This document shows positions 27,208 through 35,739 of a DNA stretch of 64,000 nucleotides, in pieces. The notes beneath the pieces were generated by a model, which was given only the letters and a program-made list of their open reading frames with translations, was not told the DNA's origin and did not search any database. The translations under genes were made by a program, and so were the position numbers. The stretch's first letter is position 1. Each line of letters starts with the position of its first letter. The stretch is from an uncultured delta proteobacterium (GTDB lineage: Bacteria; Desulfobacterota; Desulfomonilia; UBA1062), in NCBI GenBank assembly GCA_963752595.1, contig CAVVYZ010000013.1:1-64000 (forward strand), in the 5' to 3' direction.

Positions 27208-28521
27208 TTATTCTTTCGTACGAGCCTTTTCGTTGATTTCTTTCATGAATGTCCCGGTTGCCTGTTCCACTGCCAGAATGGAAGTCTGGTAGGAATAAAG
27301 GGCCTCGGCCAGCTGCCGCTCAGAAGATACCAGCAGGTTGTTCGCGTCGATTACATCGATGCTGCTTGCCAGACCATTTGCGAACTGCCGGGTTATTGCG
27401 CGGTAGTTTTCCTGTGCAAAGGCGACCTGATCCTGGAGAAACTTGATGGTGCCTTTGTTGGTCATGAGGTCCAGGTAGGTGCTCTCCACCTCAAGATCCA
27501 CAGTCTTTTTCAGGTCATCATATGCGAGAATTGCCTGCCGCTCCCGTACCTTTGCCTCCTGGACCTCAGCCCTCCTCAAGCCTCCTTCGAAGAAAGGAAA
27601 ACTGAACAGGAGCGCTCCATAGGTGCTTTCCTTGTTCAGAGTAGGCGGCTCGGGGTCCTGGTCGGTCTTCTGGTATACGCCTGCGATCGAGAGAGTGGGC
27701 CAGTATGCGCCTTTGGCGTAGGATACCTCCTGTTTGGCTATCTTCACCTGATATTCAAGGCTCTTTATATCCGCCCTCTGAGAAAAGGCGGTATTTTTCA
27801 GTTCCGGCAACGGAGCAACCTGTATATCGCGGTACGGTTCCTCTCTGAGAGTGAAACCCGGAGCAATGCCCACGAGCCGCAACAGGGCGGACTCGGCCAG
27901 AGCAAGGGCGTTCTGGGCTTTCACCAGGTCTGACTTCGACCCGGAAACTTCGCTCTCGGCCCGCAGAAGCACGGTTTTTGTGACCTCGCCTACCTTCAGC
28001 CGGGTCGATGCCGCATCACGGTACTTTGTGACCCGATCGAGGTTCGACTGCGCGATATCGAGCCCCTTACGGGCCATAAAGACGTTATAATAAGCCTGAC
28101 CGACAAGGAGGAGATAGCTCTCTTTTACGAAGGCAAGGTCAAAGCCTGCCCGGTGGATGTCTTTCCGCGCTTCGCTCAAGGCAATGAACTCCCTTAAGGA
28201 GAGCGAGAGCGTCTGGTCCACCCTCAGGCCCCTCTGCTGGGCGGTATCGGGTTGAATGAGTACATTGCCGGCATTGTACCTGTCTTTTGTATGTCGCTGG
28301 TAATTGCCGAAGGCCGTGAACTTGGGTACCAGAGACGCTATGGCCCTGTCCTTTTCCAGCTCGGCAAAGGTCACGTTTTCCCGGGATATCCCTATCCTTT
28401 CGGAGCGTTCGAGCGCAATCCCGTAGAGATCTGCAAGGGAGTACTCCTCTGCAGATACCGGTAACGCACTCCAGCAGGAAACAAACAGAATGAAACCGAT
28501 ACATATGCTTGATAATTTCAT
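27208..28521 (-). CDS. TolC-family outer membrane efflux protein
   Basis: Signal peptide, two OEP repeats (QAYY, YWPTLSI, GLASSIDVIDA); in operon with the RND genes. Confidence 0.93.
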   Translation of the reverse strand: MKLSSICIGFILFVSCWSALPVSAEEYSLADLYGIALERSERIGISRENVTFAELEKDRAIASLVPKFTAFGNYQRHTKDRYNAGNVLIQPDTAQQRGLRVDQTLSLSLREFIALSEARKDIHRAGFDLAFVKESYLLLVGQAYYNVFMARKGLDIAQSNLDRVTKYRDAASTRLKVGEVTKTVLLRAESEVSGSKSDLVKAQNALALAESALLRLVGIAPGFTLREEPYRDIQVAPLPELKNTAFSQRADIKSLEYQVKIAKQEVSYAKGAYWPTLSIAGVYQKTDQDPEPPTLNKESTYGALLFSFPFFEGGLRRAEVQEAKVRERQAILAYDDLKKTVDLEVESTYLDLMTNKGTIKFLQDQVAFAQENYRAITRQFANGLASSIDVIDANNLLVSSERQLAEALYSYQTSILAVEQATGTFMKEINEKARTKE

Positions 28522-28611
28522 TTCATGTACCCCTAATCACTAAAGGTTTGCTCTTAAAGCTCCTTTTAGCGGAGTCCTTATCAATTTTCATACGAAAAAA
28601 ACAGTTGTCCA

Positions 28612-29196
28612 CTATGCATTCTTCAAGCCGGCGAAAAAAATCCTTACCATCTGATTGATTGCGTCCAGGACGCGCTCGCGCTGATCGTAGAACGCAAAGG
28701 TATGGTCACAGCCGAACATGGACGCTATTATGATAAGTGATACCAGCTCGAGGTCGCGGATGGGCTTCAGCTCGCCCCTTTGAATGCCCCCCTGCAATAT
28801 GCCTTCGACCAGATTCTTCTGGGCGTGAAGGTAAGTTTCCCTCTCCGGCTCGAAAACTCCCTCCAATGACCTGAACTCGCTGATAATCTCTTTGTTTGCA
28901 CGAGAAGCCTTTTCCCAGATGAACTGATGACGGGCTTCGCTCATAGCCATCATCTTTTCTTCAGCGGTATCTGCCGCATCTATGGCCCTGGTCGTTATAT
29001 CGAGAAGATGGTCCATGTCATTTCTGATAATGGCCCTGATGATTTCGTTTTTATCTTTGAAGTAATAATACAGGGAAGTCTTGGCCATACCGGCACGTTT
29101 GGCGATATCTTCCAGGGTCGTTTTCTGCGGGCCGTACTCCAGGAGTACATCTGATGCCGCCTGCAGCAAGAGCTTCTTTTTCTCCTCTTTGGTCAT
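28612..29196 (-). CDS. TetR/AcrR-family regulator
   Basis: TTLEDIAKRAGMAKTSLYYYFKDKNEI HTH; heads the efflux operon. Confidence 0.95.
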   Translation of the reverse strand: MTKEEKKKLLLQAASDVLLEYGPQKTTLEDIAKRAGMAKTSLYYYFKDKNEIIRAIIRNDMDHLLDITTRAIDAADTAEEKMMAMSEARHQFIWEKASRANKEIISEFRSLEGVFEPERETYLHAQKNLVEGILQGGIQRGELKPIRDLELVSLIIIASMFGCDHTFAFYDQRERVLDAINQMVRIFFAGLKNA

Positions 29197-29208
29197 GTCA
29201 ATCGCCGA

Positions 29209-29267
29209 CTAAAATTTTAGAATAAAATGTTTGAAAATTCTATACAAGTTTGGGGCAATTGGGTCAA
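29209..29267 (-). promoter_or_regulatory. Putative sigma70 promoter and palindromic operator of the tetR-tolC-RND operon
   Basis: Minus strand TTGACC (29267-29262), 17 nt, TATAGA; 12-bp palindrome CTAAAATTTTAG at 29209-29220. Confidence 0.45.
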
Positions 29268-29483
29268 GGGGATTTCCGATGCCGATAGAATCGGACCATT
29301 AAGGATCACTTCATAATTCTCTTACAGCTTATAGCTGCAGCCTTCGGCAGGGTATGGTGAAACATTCGGAAATTGCAAAAAAGGACTTGAATCGGGTTGG
29401 ATCGATTGCCTTGAAAATAAAGAGCGAACAGCGGCCGGACAGCTTCTTGTCCCGAGCCCTTACCGCTGTCCACTGACTAAAAG

Positions 29484-30111
29484 TTATTTCTGTCCGTATT
29501 CCAGCGAGCAGAAGTGCTTGTTCTTGTAGAACTCCAGCAGCCTCAGCACATCGTCCTTGCACTCGCCGCACACCGTGCCCACCTTGGTCTTCTCCTGGAG
29601 CTCGTAGAAGGTCCTGGCGCCTTCGAGCACGGCCTCCTCGATCTCGTGGTCGGTGATGTTCATGCAGTTGCACACGATGCGCGCCTCCTCGGTGCTGCAC
29701 CTTATCGTCCATGCCGTTGCGGAGATAATAGTCGTTGATGGCGGCCCGAAGCGCCTTGTCGCCCAGCACGGAGCAGTGGATCTTGTGCTCGGGCAGGCCG
29801 CCCAGTTCCTTGGTGATGTCCTTGGGCGAGAGCTTGTAGGCGTCTTCGAGCTTCATGCCCTTGACCATCTCCGAGAGACCGAGGTGCTGGCGATGGCGCT
29901 CGCGCACCCGTAGGTCTTCCACTTGCAGTCCGTGATGGTGCCCTTGTCCTTGTCCACCTGGATGACCACGAGCATCTGGTCGCCGCACTTGACGTTTCCG
30001 GCGATCCCCCTGCCGTCTTCCTTGTAGGCGCTCTCGTCCATCGAGGATGTTCTTCGGGTTCATGAAGTGATCGAGGACCTTGTCGGTATAGAGCCAGTTC
30101 GTCAGTTCCAT
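29484..30111 (-). CDS. nifU: NifU/IscU-type Fe-S scaffold with a C-terminal BFD-like [2Fe-2S] domain (frameshifted)
   Basis: Fragments YTDKVLDHFMNPKN, GNVKCGDQM, TYGCASAIAS, LGGLPEHKIHCSVL, then CNCMNI…KVGTVCGEC, spread over three frames. Confidence 0.85.
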
Positions 30112-31303
30112 CACTGCCTCCTTGCAGTATGCGGTCGACATGTCCCTGATCCGCCTGATGACCTTCGGGAGCATGTCCAGCATGTAGGCGATATCTTCCA
30201 TGGTGTTCTCCCTGCCGAGGCTGAAGCGGATGGATCCGTGGGCGCACTCCTGCGGGCAGACCCGTGGCCAGGATCACGTGGGACGGGTCCAGCGACCCGG
30301 AGGCGCAGGCCGAACCCGTGGACACGGCAATACCTTCGAGGTCGAGGTAGAGGATGATGGCCTCGCCCTCGGCGCCATCGAAGGAGACGTTCAGCGTTCC
30401 CGGCAGGCTGTCCATGGGATGCCCCACGAAGCGAATGTCCGGGAATGCTGGTCCTCGATGCCTTCCCTGAGGGCCTCCTTCATCTGCAGCAGGCGTTTCG
30501 CCTCCTCATCCATCTCGAGCGCCCGCATCTCGACAGCCTTGCCCAGGCCACGATGCCGAGGGTGTTCTCGGTGCCTGCCCGCCTGCCCCTTTCCTGGTGG
30601 CCGCCCCTGATGAGCGGGCAGAAGGGGGAGCTTCGCCTCACGTAGACCGCGCCGACGCCCTTGGGGCCGTAGATCTTGTGGCGCCGACAGGGTAAGGAAA
30701 TCCACACCGAGATCCTTCACGTTCACCGGGATCTTGCCCACTGCCTGGACCGCATCGGTGTGGAACATGGCGCCCTTTGGCATGGGCGATATCGGAAATG
30801 GTCCTGATGTCCTGGATGGTGCCGATCTCGTTGTTGGCCATCATCACCGAGACCAGGCCGGTATTCTCGGTGATCAGATCCTTGAGCTGGTCCATGATCC
30901 ACCTTGCCGTCCGCGTCCACCCGGCGTAGATGCACCTCCATGCCGTTCTCCTGGAGGCACTTCGACGCCTCGAGGATGCAGGGGTGCTCGATGGTGGTGG
31001 TGACGAGCTCCCGTCCTGCGGCACGAGTGAACTCGCAGCCCCCGGACTGGCAGGTGAGGATGGACAGCACCGTATTGTTGCCCTCGGAGCCGCTGCCCAC
31101 GAACATGATCTCGTCGCTGGAGGCACCGATGAAGCGCGCCACCTTTTCCCTCGCCTGCTCCACGAGGCTTCGCGACTGCCTCCCGAAGGAGTGGAGGCTC
31201 GAGGGGTTGCCGTAGAATCCATGGCCTCGATTATGGCCTTTTTCACCTCCGGATGGAGGGGGGTGGTCGCATTGTTATCGAAATAAACTCGTCTTTTTTC
31301 CAT
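30110..31303 (-). CDS. nifS: Cysteine desulfurase (NifS/IscS type), multiple frameshifts
   Basis: Fragments [50 protein letters not shown] and STGSACASG. Confidence 0.9.
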
Positions 31304-31441
31304 GGTCACCTCCGGTAACCGGCTTCGGTCTGTATCCGAAATATTCTGATATATGTGTTCATGGATGAATACATAGTGCGTTGATTTATTTTTTTCCAGT
31401 ACAAAGTATATTGAAAGGACAAGAATGCAAAAGCTTTGTAA

Positions 31442-32650
31442 CTACATCACTTCCTGATTCGTCTGGGCCACGGCCATGTCGATCTGGTTTTTCAGTTCCG
31501 CAGGCAGGCCGGGTATGTCAACGCTCATGAACCCGTGCACGATGGTCGCCGTGGCCTCGTCTTCGGAGAGCCCGCGGGCCATGAGGTAGAGAATCTCGTC
31601 CTGGTTGATCTTGCCCACGGCCGCTTCATGCGACATCTCGACGCCTTCGGCCTTGCCGTGGAGCTCGGGGATCGCCAGGATATCGCCGCCTTTGAGGATG
31701 AGCCCTCGGCATTCGAGGTGCGCCTTGACCCCAGGCACTTCGCCCATGAGGTGGCCCCTGCTGATGATGGTCCCGCCGTTGCTGATGGCCCGGGCAATGA
31801 TTTCGGCCCGTGTCTCCGGTGCGCTGAGAATGATGCGGCCGCCAACATCGAGCTCGCTTCCCGGATGCCCGACGAGCAGGCTGTAGAAGCGTGCGACGGC
31901 TCCTTTACCGATGAGCCGTGTCGAGGGGTACATCTGCAGCGATTTGAGCGGCCTCATGCAGACATAGTTGTTGAGGAAGAGCCCTCCTTCCTCCACCACG
32001 CCCACCGAGCGGGGCCGTACCATCATGCCTTCGGCCCAGTGGTGGATCATGGTGAAGCTGAGCTTTGCATTCTTCTTGACAAAGAACTCGGAGACGCCGA
32101 CGTGGAGCCCTTTGTTCACGTGCGATCCCGAGACGCACCCCGTGATGACATGCAGCTCGGAGTCCTCGCCCGCGATGATGAGGTTGTGGACGTTCTGGCT
32201 CAATGCATCCTGGTGGAGATACAGGCAGGCCTGGACCGGGAAGGTGACCTTTGCCCCGGGCAGGGATCTGATCACATAGCCGTTGTGGAGGTCGGTGTAG
32301 GCGAGCGATGTATACTTGTCCTGGTCAACGGGAACGAGCTTCCAGTAGTACTCGTTGACCCAGCGGAGTTTCAGGGCCTCCTTGATGGGCAGCACCTCCA
32401 GGCCGTCCATGAGGGACGTGGCATAGATCGCGGTCGTATCTTTCTGGATATACGAGCCGGACCGGCCTTCCTCGCTCGTATCGACCCCGGCCTTGAGCAT
32501 GGTGGATTTTTCCTCTTCGGGAAGATCTTCAGGGTTTTCCACCGGAAGATGGCACTCGCCTTCCGTACAGTAGGTATCGAGGTCGATATCAGGGCCATAG
32601 GCGGCCTTCTTTTCTTTTGCCTCTTTCGCCTTCTTCTCTATCTCATGCAT
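31442..32650 (-). CDS. sufB: SufB/SufD-family Fe-S assembly protein (SmsB-like)
   Basis: FPVQACL, QNVHNLII, ITGCVS, HLECRGL, SHEAAVGKI, YLMARGLSEDEA. Confidence 0.9.
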   Translation of the reverse strand: MHEIEKKAKEAKEKKAAYGPDIDLDTYCTEGECHLPVENPEDLPEEEKSTMLKAGVDTSEEGRSGSYIQKDTTAIYATSLMDGLEVLPIKEALKLRWVNEYYWKLVPVDQDKYTSLAYTDLHNGYVIRSLPGAKVTFPVQACLYLHQDALSQNVHNLIIAGEDSELHVITGCVSGSHVNKGLHVGVSEFFVKKNAKLSFTMIHHWAEGMMVRPRSVGVVEEGGLFLNNYVCMRPLKSLQMYPSTRLIGKGAVARFYSLLVGHPGSELDVGGRIILSAPETRAEIIARAISNGGTIISRGHLMGEVPGVKAHLECRGLILKGGDILAIPELHGKAEGVEMSHEAAVGKINQDEILYLMARGLSEDEATATIVHGFMSVDIPGLPAELKNQIDMAVAQTNQEVM

Positions 32651-33396
32651 TTTATACACTCCTGATACCCGGCCTTGCTGATGGTCTGGAAGATTTCCTG
32701 GGGATTGCCCCGGCAGGCCATGACGCCGTTGAACAGCACCTGCCCGCGGTCTGCGGGGACATAGTTGAGGATGTACCCGGTATGGGTGATGATGAGGCCC
32801 ATCTTGTTCCTGTGGCGGTGCGCCTTTTTCCGGCTCATATCCGCGGGAGCGATAAAGTTGCGCTGGAGCATGCCGGCGATGCCGTTTCCGATGAGCGCGA
32901 TATTCTCAATATCCACGCCTGATTCCGGTTCATCGAAGAGCATAAGATCGGGATTCTGCGCCATGAGCTGCAGAAGCTCCGAGCGTTTGATCTCGCCTCC
33001 GGAGAACCCTGCGTTGAGGTCTCGATCGAGGAAATCCGTGAAATTGACCCGGGCGGCGAGATCTTCCACATCCCGGCCGTCGTCACGGGCGCAGATCTTC
33101 ACCATGTCCCTTGTCTTGAGGCCATGGATGGTTGGCGGACGCTGGTAGGACATGCCGATGCCCAGCCTGGCCCGTTCGTCCACCGGCATATGGGTAATGT
33201 CATGTCCCTTGAAGCTGATCCTGCCCTCGGTTACCCGGTACTGGGGATAGCCCATAATGGTCATGAGCAGAGAGGTTTTGCCGGAGCCGTTTGGTCCGAA
33301 GAGGATATGCACCTCGCCGGTACCGATCTCCATGTCGACCCCTTTGAGGATCTCCTTGTCTCCAAGTACGACATGCAAGCCTTCGATTTTGAGCAT
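32638..33396 (-). CDS. sufC: SufC-like ABC ATPase (SmsC-like) with a C-terminal CxxC
   Basis: GPNGSGKT, FSGGEIKR, LFDEPESGVD, IITHTG, terminal ECIKC. AAGGAG before ATG 33396; overlaps the sufB start. Confidence 0.9.
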   Translation of the reverse strand: MLKIEGLHVVLGDKEILKGVDMEIGTGEVHILFGPNGSGKTSLLMTIMGYPQYRVTEGRISFKGHDITHMPVDERARLGIGMSYQRPPTIHGLKTRDMVKICARDDGRDVEDLAARVNFTDFLDRDLNAGFSGGEIKRSELLQLMAQNPDLMLFDEPESGVDIENIALIGNGIAGMLQRNFIAPADMSRKKAHRHRNKMGLIITHTGYILNYVPADRGQVLFNGVMACRGNPQEIFQTISKAGYQECIKCMR

Positions 33397-33840
33397 GGAA
33401 TACTCCTTACAGAGCTCCTTGAAATTACACACGACTCCAAGGGCGTCACTCTCCATACTAGAGTCTCGCAATACACAAATCAAGTATTATGAGAACGCAT
33501 TATTCCTGTTCATCAGGTATTATCCGCTCCGGATACTGATGGGAAAAGCCCTCCACCATGGCTTTCTCTGCAGTGTCACATGCCTGCAGTGATGCGCTTT
33601 TCCCAGGGTTCGAGCAGGTTTTTAGCGAAATACATTGATTTTAACTAACAGTTTATATTACATTATTCATATAAGTAAAGAAGATTGGTAGATTTATTTA
33701 TGGAAATTAAAACATGTTGCCGATAATGAAGAAGAAAAGCCGTCGGAGCCGGCATGTTTTTTTAATTACCGGGTATGAAAAAGGGTAGTGGAAGGCTTCC
33801 GGGGAATGGCGGCAATGAAATACAGAAAGAGGAGGAGTAA

Positions 33841-34116
33841 ATGACAAAGGCTGAATTAACGGACGTATTGGCAGGCAAAATCGGTATCACCAAATCAAAG
33901 GCATCCGATGCCGTGAACACGATCTTCAAGTCGATCACCGGCGCTCTCAAGAAGGGCGACAAGGTGACCCTGGTTGGTTTCGGCACGTTCGATGTCGTCA
34001 AGAGGGCGGCCCGGACGGGAATGAACCCCCAGACCAAGGAAAAGATCAAGATCAAGGCAAGCAAGGTTGCACGGTTCAAGGCGGGCAAGGCCCTGAAAGA
34101 TGCGGTAAAGAAGTAA
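33841..34116 (+). CDS. hup: DNA-binding protein HU
   Basis: MTKAELTD…VTLVGFGTF…RAARTGMNPQT…FKAGKALKDAV. Confidence 0.97.
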   Translation: MTKAELTDVLAGKIGITKSKASDAVNTIFKSITGALKKGDKVTLVGFGTFDVVKRAARTGMNPQTKEKIKIKASKVARFKAGKALKDAVKK

Positions 34117-34154
34117 GGATCGAAGCTGTCAGGGCTTGAACCCTGACCCATAAG

Positions 34155-34204
34155 AATACCTCAGCCGGTATCCCAATGGCCGGGCTGAGGTATTTTTTCT
34201 TTTT
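34155..34204 (+). terminator. Rho-independent terminator after hup
   Basis: Stem AATACCTCAGCC…GGCTGAGGTATT followed by TTTTCTTTTT; lies between convergent genes. Confidence 0.8.
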
Positions 34205-34233
34205 AAAAGAAGCAGGATCAGGAAACCAAAAAA

Positions 34234-34788
34234 TTAACGATGCCCCTTCCCCAGGAGCAGCGTCCACTCGATCAGGCTGTTGATGAGCTTTTCAACAAGG
34301 GCCTTTGTTTTGGCGTCAATGAGATCCCCTTCTGAATCGAATTTCGCCGATGCATCAGAGATCATGACCTCGGGCCTGCTCATTACGAACATATTCACGC
34401 CGTGGAGGATCTGCCGAAGATGGTATTGTGCCCGGGCAGTACCCAGCCTGCCGGGTGAGGCACCCATGATTGCGGCGGGCTTCCTTACCCAGGAGTTGTC
34501 GCCGTACGGCCGTGACCCCCAGTCAATGGCGTTCTTCAGCACCCCGGGCACGGAATAGTTGTACTCAGGGGTTGCAAAAAGCACTGCATCTGACGCGCGC
34601 ACCTTGGCTTTCAGCTCCCCTGCCCTGGCAGGGGGGTTATGCTCAGAATCCTGGTTGAAGGGAAGGATCCCTTCGAGGTCGAAGATATCGATCTCGATGC
34701 CTTCAGGGGCAAGGCCTCGGGCTGCACGCATGGCTGCCTTGTTGTAAGAGCCCTGCCTGAGACTGCCCGCAATGCCGAGTATGTTCAT
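34234..34788 (-). CDS. NAD(P)H-dependent FMN reductase (ChrR/YieF-like)
   Basis: GSLRQGSYN, TPEYNYSVPGVLKNAIDW, GTARAQYHLRQ. Confidence 0.93.
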   Translation of the reverse strand: MNILGIAGSLRQGSYNKAAMRAARGLAPEGIEIDIFDLEGILPFNQDSEHNPPARAGELKAKVRASDAVLFATPEYNYSVPGVLKNAIDWGSRPYGDNSWVRKPAAIMGASPGRLGTARAQYHLRQILHGVNMFVMSRPEVMISDASAKFDSEGDLIDAKTKALVEKLINSLIEWTLLLGKGHR

Positions 34789-34813
34789 TGTCCGCAGTAT
34801 GTTGCGGCCGTCT

Positions 34814-35485
34814 TTATTGCTGGGTGAGCGGGGCGAGCTCGAGCTCGACGCGCCTGTTCTGCCGGCGGCCTTCAGGGTTATCGTTGCTGGCTATCGGTCT
34901 GGCCTCGCCGAGACCCTGTGCTGCAACCCTCGTGGGATCGATGCCCTGGCTGATCAGGTACTGCCCTACGCTTGTCGCCCTCTGCTGGGAAAGGGTCTGG
35001 TTGTATGCATCGCTCCCTGTATTGTCCGTATGGCCGGTTATATTGATCAGTGTTTTGTTGTACTCCTTGAGCACCTTTGCGACGGAATTGAGCACATCGA
35101 AGAAACCCGAATTGATTTCAGCACTGTTGGTCTGGAAGGTGATATTGCTGGGCATTTTGAGGATGAGGCGGTCCCCTTCGCGGACAACGCCCACGCCGGT
35201 ATTCGCGAGCTGCTGTCTCAAGATCGCCTCCTGGCGATCCATATATACGCCTGTTGCACCCCCGGCAAGGGCTCCGACACCCGCTCCGATGAGTGCCCTT
35301 TTCCGGCGCTGCTCGCTGTCTCTCCCGGTAGCCGCGCCCGCCGCAGCACCTGCTGCCCCGCCGATAACGGAGCCCCATACAGCCTTGCGCGTCTGCCGTT
35401 CTCCGGTATACGGGTTGGTGGTGCATGACTGCAGTGCAACAGCTCCCATTATGAAGAATATGAGCAAGAATGAAGCCTTTTTCAT
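34814..35485 (-). CDS. OmpA-family lipoprotein with glycine zipper (YiaD-like)
   Basis: LQSCTTNPYTGE lipobox, Gly zipper, GHTDNTG…NQTLSQQRA…NRRVEL. GGAGG before ATG 35485. Confidence 0.93.
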   Translation of the reverse strand: MKKASFLLIFFIMGAVALQSCTTNPYTGERQTRKAVWGSVIGGAAGAAAGAATGRDSEQRRKRALIGAGVGALAGGATGVYMDRQEAILRQQLANTGVGVVREGDRLILKMPSNITFQTNSAEINSGFFDVLNSVAKVLKEYNKTLINITGHTDNTGSDAYNQTLSQQRATSVGQYLISQGIDPTRVAAQGLGEARPIASNDNPEGRRQNRRVELELAPLTQQ

Positions 35486-35739
35486 GGTACTTCCCTCCGT
35501 CGTATGGTTTTTGCCCCTGGAATGTCCCGGCTCACGAAGGGGGCGGTTGTCAAGCATCCTCTTTCGTGAATCCGTAATTCACTTAATGCTAAGATAATGC
35601 TCGCTGCCGCACCTCTCAAGGATGAGGATGCTTCCCGAAGAAAAGGATGCTCCATCGAGGCTTAGACATAGGGACTTGACGATAGGCCGGATGTTCCTCA
35701 CGTTCAATGAAGGGATGGTTGTCAGGGCAAGCTTCCAGC

